From the NCBI GenBank assembly GCA_973895155.1, contig OZ316898.1:13670330-13734329 (forward strand): a stretch of DNA of 64,000 bases, read 5' to 3'. Below the pieces are notes generated by a model that was not told the origin of the DNA, did no database searches, and saw nothing but the letters and a program-made list of their open reading frames with translations. The translations under genes and the position numbers were made by a program. Below, in pieces: positions 14,445 to 27,800 of this stretch; the stretch's first letter is position 1, and each line of letters begins with the position of its first letter. Source of the stretch: Marsupella aquatica. Taxonomy: Eukaryota > Plantae > Marchantiophyta.

Positions 14445-16255
14445 GGAGTGCAGGTCCACCATTTAGAGCCTAAAGGAGAACTTCGGGTCATTATAGAGAT
14501 TTGAAGATTGAAGGATTCATATCTGAAGTGAGGCTCGTAGTCAGGACCTAGAGACTGTCTCGGCATACGTGCTCCACAAAGCTTTGTGGATACTTTCGGA
14601 CGGTTTCGTTGTACCACTATTCACACCCATGTATATATTCGGAAATAATCAGTTTGTTCATAGATACAGTGGACTGTTTCACTATTGCATGAAAAATTCG
14701 ATTTGGTTTACTTCTACTTCGTCACACTCCACCTCGTGCATGCTGAAATTATGGGCATAAATGAACCAAGTGGAGGCGGTTGGGTTGAGCATAGAAACTT
14801 GCAATATTATTCTTTCATTCGTAACTGTCCGTGGGTCTTAAAGATGGTGGGATGAGAGTTGAAATTTTCTCAATTTGAAGATGTTATTTCCGTCTGAATC
14901 ACCTCTTTTATGTAATTTGGAACATCAAACTGTGGGGGATCGTTAGCCAGAGGGATGTCCTTCAGTGTAGCTATGGTCATGTAAGCCTCAGAGGAGTATA
15001 TCTTTATTGTGCTTGAACACCCTGTTTGCTTCCTTTTTTATTTGTTGGTCAAATTCGCGGACATCGACTCATCTTGAGTAGAAGCAAACTCAAACGTGAC
15101 TACGGTCGCCACTGTGTATAGAATTGTCTTGAGTGCACAGTTAAAGTGAGATGAGACCATCGCTCTTACAATTCTTTCTGTGGTCCGAATAACAAATTGA
15201 AACATTCTGATCCACTGTGTATTCTGAGCCACTGTGTAGTGTCGACACCAGTGTAAGAATCAGGGAGTGCAACGTCTCTCTTTACAATCGTCACTGGTCC
15301 CACTCACAAATTAAAACATCGTCAACAAACTGAAAGGAAATGAACGGGAACCTTGTGGAGAGTAAAGGTAAGGTGGACTTTCACAAGAGAAACGTTAAAC
15401 TTCGAACAGTATACAGCACTGAGGCAATTGACGAACCTATCGTTTTCAAGCTTGTAGCATCACACTGTTATTGTGGTCTCATCAACCACAACTACTTTGA
15501 TATTCCGGTACAGGAGTTCCTCGCGCTGACGTAAATCTCTGATCCAACACCATGATGGGCTAGCAGGAGGCATTTGTACATCTTTCGTGCAGGTGAAGTT
15601 GGAGAGAGTGGGGATCGGTGAAAACCTGTTTACAATTCCAGATTTCGCAGATCTTGAAATCTCTTCAAATTAACACTAGATGGTGTTTCTCTTTCTTTGA
15701 CTCAAACCAGTGGCCCAACACCTTTATGTTTTCACCTACACCTTACCGAGAGACAACAAGTACAGCAGAATGGAACCAAGCCAGGAAGGCATGTCTATTT
15801 TGGAGACTTGTCTGCTGTAGTTTTCATGAGTCATGACCCTCTCATGCGATTAACTTTTGAGTTATGACATGGTTTTAGGGACTCTAAATAAATTACTCTG
15901 GTGACCCTCCTATGCTACTTAGTGACTCTCCTATGGGGTGTACTCTTGAATTGTACCATGGTTTTAGGGACTCTAGATAAATTGGGGTAGTGTACCTCCT
16001 ATGCCATTTACTAGTGAACTTTATCAGGCATTTTACATTACTCTTGAGTAGGGCTTTAATTCTTTGACCTTCCTAAGTAGGTATTTCCATGGTTTACTCC
16101 CCTTTATTAAGGAGTCTCAAACCAGCTGTTCCCGTTCTTTTTCATTCAGCTCTTGTAGGAAATATATGTTTGCTACCCTGACCAAAACCCAACTGTGGGG
16201 CAAATTTATTCCAGGAGATTTTTGGTGTGAGCGCCAGTATGGGGACTGTCCCAGT

Positions 16256-16468
16256 TAGTGACAATCATGTTTTGTGGGAACCATAGATTATTCCTCAGTG
16301 ACCCTGCCTACAACATTCTGATCATGGGAAATGGTCAAGGAAGGGTTTGAGATGCCCTAGTAGTGACAATCGTGTTTTGTGTGAACCACAGATTATTACT
16401 CAGTGACCCGGCCCATAACATTCTGATCATGGGAAATGGTCACGCAAGGGGTTTGAGATGCCCTAGTA
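16256..16468. repeat. 105-bp tandem duplication
   Basis: TAGTGACAATC...GAGATGCCCTAG starting at 16256 and 16361. Confidence 0.85.
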
Positions 16469-17171
16469 TAGAGTCTCCTATCTTTCAGATCCAGTCTCCA
16501 CTATCTTTCAGATCTAGTCTCCAGGTTTGGCACTTTTTAATTGTTTGGCAATGTGATATATAGTAATAAAATCGACCCAAAGAGGGCAGGTGCCTATCTG
16601 TAAGCAAACGAGCGAATAAATAGACTTGGAGTGAAAGCATGTGAAAGCATGCAAGAAGGAACTTTATAGTTGAAAAGGAGTGGAAAATTATTTCTATAGA
16701 AAGTGAATAGTAGACAAATGAGAAGGAAATGAGTGAAACCTTCACTAAGTGACAAAATAGAAAAGGACAATGACGAACTTTAGTCTGATTCTTAACTTTA
16801 CCTTCATGCAAGCTAAGTTGAAGAATCACAACATATCAAAGGAGAAGACAGTGACACCCTATCCTAGACTCAAGTAAAAATAAAGAGAAGAAGCATCTTC
16901 TTGTGCATAGATAGCGCCACCTTATCACCATGGGACATCTCAACTTTAGAGTACCAACGTATAATTTGGCTTTCTGGCCGCCTCCCTTGATTGGGTCTTT
17001 AGCTTGAGGGATTGGGCGCCTTTTGTTTTTTGGCAGCTTGTGAGTATAGATTCTCTTGCATAGGTAACACACCTTTTGAGGTATATGCTTGATGGGACCC
17101 TGCCAACAAAAGTTTACACCTTTTGTTACAAACTAGAACCACTAGGTAGGCTCCGTACATATGATTTTTGT

Positions 17172-17378
17172 GTGGTGCCTAACTGCATGGTCCACCGTGC
17201 GTGCACCATAGTCTATTGTGCACCTCATTATAGTCCACTGAGTGCTGAGCTTCACTGCATGGTCCAACACCATACTTTAGTCTATTGTGCACCTCATCAA
17301 AGTCCACTAAGTGTTGTGCTTAACTGCATGGTCCAACACCATAGTCTATTGTGCACCTCATCATAGTCCACTGAGTGC
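17172..17378. repeat. Three ~65-bp tandem repeats
   Basis: ACTGCATGGTCCA...TAGTCTATTGTGCACCTCAT...AGTCCACT present three times. Confidence 0.85.
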
Positions 17379-20300
17379 AAACCCCCATCTTTTGCAGTTT
17401 AATGTCTCAGAAAAGCTAATTGGTCAGACAATAGGCTTTCTCATCCAGAAAAGGGCTTTGTTGTAGTGGAAGAAGGCACCTAAGCTAGTAGCATTTGAAG
17501 TTGTCATTGCTGCAGGGAATCAATGGAAGCAAGAGTAGAAGTCCACCTCTTGCAAAGTCTACTGCAAATCTTAATATGCAGGAATACAACGTGAAGGGGC
17601 ATGAGATTGGCCCTACAAATTGGGGTCTGCTGTGTGAGGAGAGCAATGAGGAGAAAACTCACGGAGGACCAGGCAGGGGCCAGCAGAGGATGAACCAGAG
17701 GAAGTAGTGGAGAGCAGGGGGCAGCAGAGGAGCACCAAGATGAAGAAGTGGAGGGGGAGCATGAGCCACCAGAGGAGCAACCACAGGCTGGGGAGCAAGG
17801 GGCACCAGAGGAGCCACCAGAGGAGCCAGAGGGAGAAGTGGAGGGGTTTGAAGGGCTAAGAGCAAAGGACATTAATAGACTGAGCAGGAACTTGAAGATC
17901 AAGGAGCAGTTAGAGGATCCATTGAGGACCACATGGACTACTACAATGAACAGTCTTGGGACCAAGAGTCTAGGGTGGAACCCAAGGGGAAGAACAGAAG
18001 ATTATGCCCCCTATGCAAAGCTACGATGAAACATGCCATGGAGGTTCCACACCCTCTGCAGTTTGTCCCATCCTAAGTATTGTGTCTGCATGCTACAGAG
18101 ATGAAACCTTCAATTTTGTTGTTTATGCCTTACATATATAGGTGCATGCTGATTGATACTCCAGTTGCAGGTATACATACATGAGAAGACCATGCCCATT
18201 GTTCAAGTTCCAACATATTGCAAACCTAGTAGAGGAGGGACACCGTCTTGTTCCAGGTACTATGCAGCTAGAAGAACCATTTTGTTCTTACCTAAGTGCT
18301 AAAGGTTAGTTTGGTATCAAGCCTGCCAAACTATGTTTTGCTTTATTTTTTTGTGAGGCTTCTAATCATTGCTCCTGGCATCACAACTTGCTCCGGAAGA
18401 CCAAGAAAGGCCTCCAAGAAGGCCCATTCTAGGGTGAGCCATGCCTCCCAAGCATTGCAAATTGTGTCTCTCATGGCACTGCCGGTAGACAATGTTGACA
18501 TTTGCACCCTGAACATGTGGAGTAAACAGAAAGTATCAGAATGGAGGAAAACAATCAGCAAAAAAGAAGGTAGTGTTATGTTCAAGTTCATTATTGACAC
18601 TCAGTCTCTAATGTGTTTCAATCCATTCTTTTTTTACCATTTCACATGCCATGTATTCTATTATTAGTTTCCACCCAAAGAATCTATCAGGGAGTCACTG
18701 CCAATTACAGATGTAACCTTTTGAGGTCCAAAATGGGAGACAAAATGAGAGCTAAACAAGTTTGAAAACGTGGCAAAATTAACTAGACAGTGATGAGCTT
18801 GTGTGCATTAAGTATTACAAAAAAACACCCAGAGTATTATTCCACTCACACCAAGAGACTGTGAATGGAAATCAGAGGTGGAAAAGGAACCGAGCAACCA
18901 GAGAGAGGCGCCATGGTAGAGGGAGAGGACCAAGGACTATGCAGCTAGTAATGTGAATCCAATGCCTATATATGTTCACACTTTACCCCATTGACATGGA
19001 TAGATCACTAGACACCCTGAGAGCATCCCAAATTCTCTGGGGGGGAGCCTGAAGGGAGTACATATTTCTCAGGATCTATTCAATCACTTGATCGACCAAC
19101 TTCCACAACCTACTTCCCAGCTCCCCAAGTACTTCTTCACTACTACTTCTTGGGCTACTTCTGTGGAACGCAAGTGGTGGCTTTAATGATAGTAGCAGCG
19201 AAGACTACAATGGTAGCTCCAGTAGATAGCAAGAGTCCACCTTCAATGTTAACTTAACCAGACAATGTATTGTGCCCGGAAAAATTCAGAATCTTTTCCT
19301 CTCATCCTTGAATAAAGACTTACCCTTCAAGTATGTTAGTCAGATTGTGTAGTTATCATGTCCTTAATGATTTTCAGAATGTGTAATTTTTGTGTTCATA
19401 ATTGACTACTTCTGTTCCCATCAGAACGATGGTTGTCTCCAAAGTTTCCTTCAAATTAAGGGTAAAAGACTCAGACCCCATCCAACCAGGTCCATGTTTC
19501 CTAGTATTAAAAAACATTCATGTTGCCTAGCTTCCACACTGCAACAATTTGGGCATTCAATCAGGGGCAAAAGGTCAAATTAAAGTGGAGGTCCTATTCC
19601 TAAGACACGTAGACAGATTTTTTCTGTGCAGTAGGGGCTTAAGGGCAAAAGTAGAGTTTTTTTGGTTCACTCCACACTTTGGACAATTTCGAAGTGTTGC
19701 ACAGGGGGCAAACAGCCAAACGTAGAGGATCCCTTGTTCCCTACTTACACAATTATTTGTGTTTGCAAATCAAGTTGAAGACAATATTCATGTTGTTTGT
19801 TCCGCACTTTAACTATTATGGTTAGAAAAGGCCATGCAATTGCAGACAACGTTCAAGCAAGGCCAAAGGGCCAAAAGTACAGTAGACCTTAGCACAACTC
19901 GATTGGAATAAACTCCTTGGAAGACAACTGACAATGGTAGACAATTGCATGCATAGAGGAATTCACCTTTGTAAAACTGAATACACATTCACAAAGACCT
20001 CCATTACACGTGACAATTTTTCAAAATTGTTCAATGCAAAATTTGTGGAGTTTTATTACAACATTGCATAATTTCAAATTTGTAAATCTAGAATTACTCC
20101 TGTTGGTAGCCTAAGGTCCATTTGCAAAAAGCCCCAATAGGGCTTCTCAAAGCTTCAAAATTATGGATGATGGCATTTGGCCATAAAGGACTGCTCATGA
20201 CTTTTTCACAAGGTTATGTAAAAGTTTATTTTTTATTTTTTCTGTCACCAGCCTCTACAGTGACTAATGGTTATGGCATACGACCAATACTTATGGCAAA

Positions 20301-20999
20301 AAGTTATGGACTATGAATTTCATAGTCTTGTAACGATTTGTGTCCATACCCTGTAACTACAGAGTTAAGGTCCATTAAATTGTCAGCTTTGACACGCCCT
20401 AATAGCTGCTCAAGACAATTATCTTAACTTGTACCCACCAGCACCTAAGTCAAGTGTTTATTTCAAGATTGACAGGCTGGGGTTTCAGAGTTCACAGGCT
20501 GAATTGATAGGGGCGTCAACTTCCATCTCTTGGCACTATTCCTAACACTATGGTACCACAATGTTTATGAAAGTACATCAGGAAATTGGTACCCATACTA
20601 TATGGCAAGGTTTCATGATCTTTTTATCACAACAGGTAAAGAATGTTGTACGCACATAATAATTCATTGATGATTCACTAACTAAGTACTTGAATGGGGT
20701 ACTTTCATCACAGAGATTTTCCATGTTTAACATTGTAGTGTCATCATGGATGGATTCATGAAATCTCAGTTGATATGCATCATTGTCTATATAATGAATA
20801 TTTTGACAATGCTTAAAGGATACATTGTAAAATCAGTAATTATTTTTAGTAACTTGTCAGTGTATTATCAGTATGTCTTCAACTTGAAAACAATATCCAA
20901 TGATCTTGTGATGAATCATTACCAATTCCTGCAACTAAAATAGTTTTGGAGTTGGGACTGATTCGAAGTTGTTTCATCGTTGAATCAATATGACTGGCT

Positions 21000-21343
21000 T
21001 GTTAGATATTGCTCTAGTCTTGTGACTCATGAGCTAACTATAGTTAGTCTAACTCGGGTTAGGACTTAGCTAATGTTAGCGGTAGTGCTGTTGTGCATAA
21101 AGCCAGGGCTGAAGCCAGACCCTGGTGGAACTTAGGCTCATTGTTACGGAGCTAGTTTAGAGATAGGGAGAGCTTGTGTTGTGGATGTTTGGTATGGCCG
21201 GTCGGCCTAGAGTGCAATAAAGCTCTTGTGTGTTCCTGTGGACGTAGCCTCATGTGGAGGTAAACCACGTATCTCTCTGTGTCGACTCTTGTGCGTTGGA
21301 TGGTTCATGGGCTTGCCATTGTAAATGTCGTCTATGCTCAACA
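21000..21343 (+). repeat. 5' LTR of copia-2
   Basis: Followed by AG and the PBS; direct repeat of 26931-27273. Confidence 0.95.
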
Positions 21344-23222
21344 AGTGGTATCAGAGCATGCCTGGGAGGTGACGAGGTTTTTTCATGACAGGTTTTTCCA
21401 GCGTTCATTGTCGATGGGACATTCGGAGTTTCGTCGAATGAAACTCGAATGTGTGTGGCTAAGCGGATAGGTTAGAGAGAGGGCTTTCTAACGATGGTTG
21501 GAACTCGCTGATTGGTATCCGTGGTGCGGAGGAATTGAAGTTTGCGTCGTTCAGGTTTTATTCGTGTTCGACGGGATTTTCGGGGGAGAGACCAGAGTTT
21601 GCGTTGTTCAACGGTGTGAGCTGTGCGGTGCGGGAGGGATCGCACATTATAGCTTAAGTTGAAGGTTGAAGCGAGCTGGTCGTTTCGGTAGCTGGATTGC
21701 TACCGAGTTGTTACCGAGTGTGTCGTGATGAGTGAAGGAGGCGTTCAGGTTTTTTCACAAGCTATGGAGCTTGTTCCCATCTAAACCGGGTTTCTCTTCG
21801 TAACGTCCGACTCGGTGGAAGAAACGCAAAGTGCTACGGCTCAATGGTTTGATCGCAACAAGGCGGTCGTTTTGAGCCCGGGATTGGCACTTGACGCGGA
21901 GTGAAGGCGACGCGACAGAAAGTTTAGTCTCTGCTGGACCTGTAGACTGTGTCGGTGCAATTTGGAAACTTTTACTGTCGGCGGCGTTCACTTTGCTCGT
22001 TTAAAACAGCAGTTGTTAAGGTTTGTAACCAGCCTTTTTTCTTTGAAAACGGCAAAAAAAATTTGGTTACATTAGGGCCAATTTTTTCGTGTATACGTTT
22101 CCACCCCCTCCCCTCGTACTTCGCCTCCCGCTGTCCGCCTCCCCGCATCTACTTGTCACGACATGCCACGCAGCGCCGGCCGGCGCAGTTGTAGCCGCCC
22201 GGACCCTGTTCCCGGCTCGAACGTACACGGCTGCAAAGCAGCCGGGCGTTTTTGGGTGTTCATTTTTTTCGGGGGGACTCCCTACCTTATGCGCCCGCGC
22301 CCCGGCCCCCTTTAAACCTGACTCGCGACAGGGCTGTCGCCGGTCGCCCTGCCCTCGCCTCGGTTTTTTGTTCCCCGGAGGTACTCCCTGACACTCAGCG
22401 TACGCTGCTGCGTACGCAGCCGCCCGTGTACGCGCCCTCGCCTTCGCCCATCTCCCTCCCCGCAACGTATGCACACCCCGGCCAAATACAGGGCGTATTT
22501 TTGGCTGATAAGGGACTTAAGGGCCCCCTTTAGGGCCTATTTTAAACCTTTTTCCGCTTCCTTTTGTTCTCCTTGTGTCGGGACCTGTCGCCCTCCATTT
22601 CAACCGCTCCGATAGGGGGAACGGCCCCCTGTGAGGCCTGTCGGACTGTGCGGGAATATTCCCAAAAAAACAGAGAGCTGTTTTTCGGCCGTCCGACAAA
22701 GATTCCGTCAGCCAAACGGTAACTTTTTTGGTTCTTTTTCGGCAAGGACGTTGCCACTGGAGTTAGCAACGTGGCGCACCGATCACATCGCGATTTCGAC
22801 GACAGGTTGTACTTGGTATTTTGGTTATTCTCCGAGGTGGTCAAAACGGGGGAGTTTCCCAAGGTTTTACCCACCCCAACCAAAATTTGAATAACTTTTC
22901 CGTCGAATTTTGATTTTGATTTTGGATTTCAGTATTGGATTCCTAGCTTTGTGGGCTACGCGGCGGTGTTGAGTTTTGAGTTTTATGAGAAGTTTCGAAA
23001 AAAGACGTTTTTTCGTGATTGTTTCATATGAGTGACTCGGAGGATACTCGAATAATTGGCGTCGGTGGAGCTTCAGGATTGCGACAGTCAGACGGAGAGT
23101 CTGAGGAGGAGCTGCTACCGTTTGAGGAAGAACTAGTGACACCGGTATGATCACCGGTGCGGCGTGCAGTGGAGGAAGCTGTGTTACTACCAGAGCTGTC
23201 GGTAGTGGGAAAGAAGAGGGAG

Positions 23223-26200
23223 ATGGCTAGATTTGGAGGAGTGAAGTTTGAGGTGGAGAAGTACGATGATCGTACTGATTACTTGCTGTGGGAGAAGCAA
23301 GTGAAGGGTGTTCTACGGGCCATGGGCTTAGCTCATCTGCTCTCTTCGCGAGAGAGGTATGATGGAGAGGAGGAGATTTCTGTGAGACAGTGGAGACAGG
23401 AGCAGGTGATTGCTGTCAATGCAATGATGCTATATCTCAAGCCGCACATCGTCAAGCAACTGGATGATTATGCGGATTGCGCGTCACTATTCAAGGCTCT
23501 TAGAGAGAAGTATTACCGGGAAGATGCGTCAGACCGGCTGTACAAGAAGTCTCTCTTGATGAGCCTCAGGCTCAAGGAAGGGAGCAAGATGCAGGATCAC
23601 CTGGATGAATTTGACAGTCTAGCGGTGGATCTATCAAACCTGGGAAAAGGAGTTGAAGATGAGGATAAGGCCTTGCTTCTGCTAAGCTCCTTACCGCCGT
23701 CATATCAGGGCTTGGAACAGGTGCTCTTGTACAGAGATCTGAAGTCCATTTCGTATAATGAGGTGGTGAGCTCTTTACTGTCTGATGATGCTCAGAAGAA
23801 GCTGGGTCAATCACAGACAGCATCTTAATCTGGCACTGCGCTCAATGTGAACAGGGGAAGAGCAACGCAGCGCACGAATGGGCAGAACAGGTTTAGATCT
23901 ACATCACGGGGGAGATCTAAATGCAGAGGAAAATTGCAAGAGAGGAAGCCTCTTGCATGTTGGAATTGTGGCAAGCCAGGCCACATGAAAAGGGATTGTC
24001 GAGTAAAGGTCCCTACTGCCTTTGCTAATGCAGCATTGAGCTCGCATGAGGTAGATTTACTCGATGATGATGACATATTGTGATGTCAAGGTTATGCTCT
24101 CAACGTAGTGTCAAATCCAGGTAGTGATGACTGGATTCTAGATAGTGCATGTACTTTTCCCATTTGCTCTAGAAGAGATTGTTTCAGTTCTTACACGGTT
24201 TCCAACGGGTCAGTGTTGATGAGAAATGGAATCCCATGTCAAGTTGTTGGACTTGGATCTGTAAGATTTCAGATGTTTGATGGTGCTGTGAGAACATTGA
24301 GGAATGTGAGACATATTCCCAGCATGATGAAAAATCTCATTTCACTTGGAGTTTTAGAGGCAAATGGCCATCAGTGGAGTTATGCTAATGGTGTCCTTCA
24401 GGTTTCAACTGGTACTAAAGTTGTATTGAAGGGAAAGAGACATTGCAATCTATACATTTTGGAGGGCAGTGTAGTCTGTGATGAAGCCAATGTAACCTTA
24501 TCTCATGAGGAAACGGCCCGGCTGTGGCACTTCCGTTTGGGCCACATGAGTGAAAAAGGTTTGGTTATTCTTCAGGAGAAAGGATTACTTTCTAATTTGC
24601 AATCTTGTAAGTTGGAATTTTGTGAGCACTGTGTGCTAGGGAAGCAGCACAGGAAACCCTTTGGAGTTGGAACTCACACCAGCAAGGAGGTACTTGAGTA
24701 TGTACATAGTGATGTGTGGGGTCCCGCCCCTACTCCCTCATATTCTAGACGGTTATACTATGTCACGTTCATAGACGATTACTCAAGGTATGTGTGGATA
24801 TACTTTCTACACAATAAGTCTGATGTTTTTGCCACTTTTAAGGAGTGGAAAGCCCAAGTTGAGAATCAGACTGTTCATAAGGTGAGATATCTTCGATCGG
24901 ATAACGGCGGTAAATACAGTTCTGGGGAATTTGGAGCAGGGGATTACCCGCCATCTCACAACAAGTTATACTCCTCAGCAGAATGGTGTTTTTGAGAGAC
25001 TCAACCGAACACTATTGGATCGCTCGAGGAGTATGTTGAGTCAATCATGCTTACCACATGAGTTTTGGGCTGAAGCTGTCAACACTGCAGCTTATTTGGT
25101 AAATTTTTCTCTATCCAGTTCTATTGGATTCAAGACGCCGTTTGAAATGAGGTACAAGCGTCCAACAGATTACTCACATCTAAGGATTTTTGGATGTGAT
25201 GCTTATGTGCTTACACCTTCTCAGCTTCGATCCAAGCTGGAGTCCAAGTCAAAGAAGTGCATTTTCCTTGGATATCAGAAAGGTGTGAAGGGTTATAGGT
25301 TATGGGATCCAGTAACCTGTAAGCTAATTGCCAGTAGAGATGTGTCCTTTAATGAGTCCAGATCATCAAAGGAGGGGGAGAGTTCTCAGGACTCCCATAC
25401 TGACAAGGAGAAATATCCCATCCCGGATCGGGTCGAGGGGGAGTTTAGTCATGATGCAGTTCATGACAGGAGAGATGGAGAAGCTTCGGGCTTGGAGCTG
25501 GTTCCTGTGATGGAACAAGAGGAGCAGCAGCAACAGATCAGCCTGAGTCATCTACTAGAAGAACTTCCAGTCGTTCTACTAGAGCTCCTACCAAGTATGG
25601 TCAATGGGCAGACTCATTTAAGATAGATGATATTGACATTGCACCTGATGAAGATGACATGGCTTTGATCTTGGAAGAAGGAGAGCCTTCTTCGTATAGT
25701 GAGGCTTGTGCTTCATAACAGAAGCATGAGTGGAGTGCAACAATGCAAAGGGAGTTGCAATCTTTGAGTGACAACAAGACTTGGGAGCTGGTGGAGCTTC
25801 CAAGAAGTCAGTAAGTGGTGGACAGCAAGTGGATTTACAAGTTGAAGGACAGTCCTTTAGAGGGTGGAGATAAGATCTACAAGGCACGGCTTGTTGCCAA
25901 GGGATTCACTCAGGAGAAAGGAGTGGATTACAATGAGGTCTTTTCATCGGTGGCTAAGTATTCCACAATTTGGATCTTGTGTCAGTTTGTTGTGTTTTTT
26001 GGTCTGGTGATGGATCAGATGGATGTTGTTACTGCTTTTCTCTATGGCAACTTGGAAGAGTTGATCTTCATGAGACAGCCACTAGGCTTTATGAAGAAGG
26101 GCCAAGAGAACTTAGTTTGCAGATTGCTCAAGTCCTTGTATGGATTGAAGCAGTCTCCCAGACAGTGGAACAAGCGGTTTGATGATTTCATGCTTGCTCA

Positions 26201-26723
26201 AGGTTTTACAAGGATGGTGTATGATCCTTGTGTGTATACGAAATCAGTCAAGAATGATGTATTTGGTTTTATCATTCTGGTGATCTATGTGGATGACATG
26301 CTGATTGTGGCTAAAGATCAATCTGAGGTTGACATTCTCAAGGCAAAATTGAGTGCTGAATTCAGGATGAAGGATCTTGGTAAGGCCAAGAGGATCTTAG
26401 GGATGGAGATTTTTAGGAACTCTGATACTGGACAGTTGTGCTTGAGTCAAGGCCAGTATGCGAGGAAAGTACTTGCACGATTCAACATGGAGAACTGTAA
26501 GCTAGTGAGTATTCTTTTAGCTTCACATTTCAAGTTATCATTGGCTTTCTCTCCTACGGATGCTGTGGAGAAAGGTCTGATGGCTAAGATTCCTTATGAG
26601 AAGGTTGTAGGCAGTCTGATGTATTTGATGACCTGTACTAGGCCTGACTTGGCCTTTACCAAAGTGATTCCTTTGGAGAGTTTCTCAAGACATCGTGCTA
26701 CTTTGCAGGTTTTGCAGTTGTAG
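23223..26723 (+). pseudogene. copia-2 gag-pol, disrupted, RNase H deleted
   Basis: Starts MARFGGVKFEVEKYD. Motifs CWNCGKPGHMKRDC, WILDSAC, LWHFRLGHMSEKGL, YVDD. Stops at ~23826, 24081, 25717 and 25812; frameshifts near 24930 and ~25530-25620. Confidence 0.93.
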
Positions 26724-26930
26724 CGCAAGTAGAGTTATTTAGCAATGTGTGACTATTTATATATGGATTACTCATTCCTGTTTGGCTACGGCTTAGTTCT
26801 AGTTAACCCTTAGTTAACCCTTGTGGTTTTTAGGGGGAGACCTGGTTTGGTGATTGTCTAGAACTTCCCGCTAAGGATTCCATATGGTAGCATTTAGTCC
26901 AGTCCCCAAGACAAGAGTCAAGGGGGAGTT

Positions 26931-27273
26931 TGTTAGATATTGCTCTAGTCTTGTGACTCATGAGCTAACTACAGTTAGTCTAACTCGGGTTAGGACTTAG
27001 CTAATGTTAGCGGTAGTGCTGTTGTGCATAAAGCCAGGGCTGAAGCCAGACCCTGGTGGAACTTAGGCTCATTGTTACGGAGCTAGTTGAGAGATAGGGA
27101 GAGCTTGTGCTATGGATGCTTGGTATTGCCTTCGGCCTAGAGTGCAGTAAAGCTCTTGTGTGTTCCCGTGGATGTAGCCTCATGTGAAGGTGAACCACGT
27201 ATCTCTCTGTGTCGACTCTTGTGCGTTGGATGGTTCATAGGCTTGCCGTTGCGAATGTCGTCTATGCTCAACA
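26931..27273 (+). repeat. 3' LTR of copia-2
   Basis: Preceded by the PPT; direct repeat of 21000-21343. Confidence 0.95.
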
Positions 27274-27654
27274 TGTCTGAGTTGGATAACTTTGACATTA
27301 GTGACATTTCATTGTGATTGCATGGTCTATCCTTCAGTATTCCATAATGTGTCCGTTGTTATGCATTGAATAATCAAAGTTATTTTCACAATGAAAAATA
27401 CATATCATGAATCAACAATGATTAACATTGTCAATCATTGTAATATCATGATTGGCTTAACTTGGACTCTTAAACATATTTGCATTGTTTCATTGCACTT
27501 TCATGACCATTGCAACATCTAATCATTGTCATTTCATTCAACATATTTTCAGTGAAAGTTGTTCAATGTTTACAAAATTTTCTAGTGACAATGCTTACAA
27601 ATGTGTTTCCCATGACTTGGTGTTCATGGATTATTAGCCCCAGACCCATGCATT

Positions 27655-27800
27655 GTTTTCCTCCTCTCCTCTCCTCTCCTCTCCTCTCCTCTCCTCTTGG
27701 AAACATCTCTCTTCTCTCTCGACCCACTGCCTCCCCTCCCCTCCCCTCCCCTCCCCTCCCCTCCTGCTCCCCGGCTCTCCCTTCCCAACTGTTTGCCTCC
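27655..27800. repeat. CT-rich low-complexity tract (CTCCT/CTCCC)n
   Basis: Visible pentamer repeats. Confidence 0.8.

Larger units (their letters stand above)
21000..27273 (+). mobile_element. Decayed Ty1/copia LTR retrotransposon, Tnt1/Tork-like (copia-2)
   Basis: LTRs 21000-21343 and 26931-27273 (TG...CA, ~17 differences). PBS TGGTATCAGAGC 21346-21357. PPT AAGGGGGAGTT 26920-26930. Imperfect TSD TGGCT/TGTCT. Confidence 0.96.

Noticed and set aside
20400-20999. AT-rich, TpG/CpA-rich DNA flanking copia-2 (continues 27279-27640) as a possible viral or transposase relic
   Set aside because: No frame yields a recognisable motif; only generic decayed-repeat character can be claimed.
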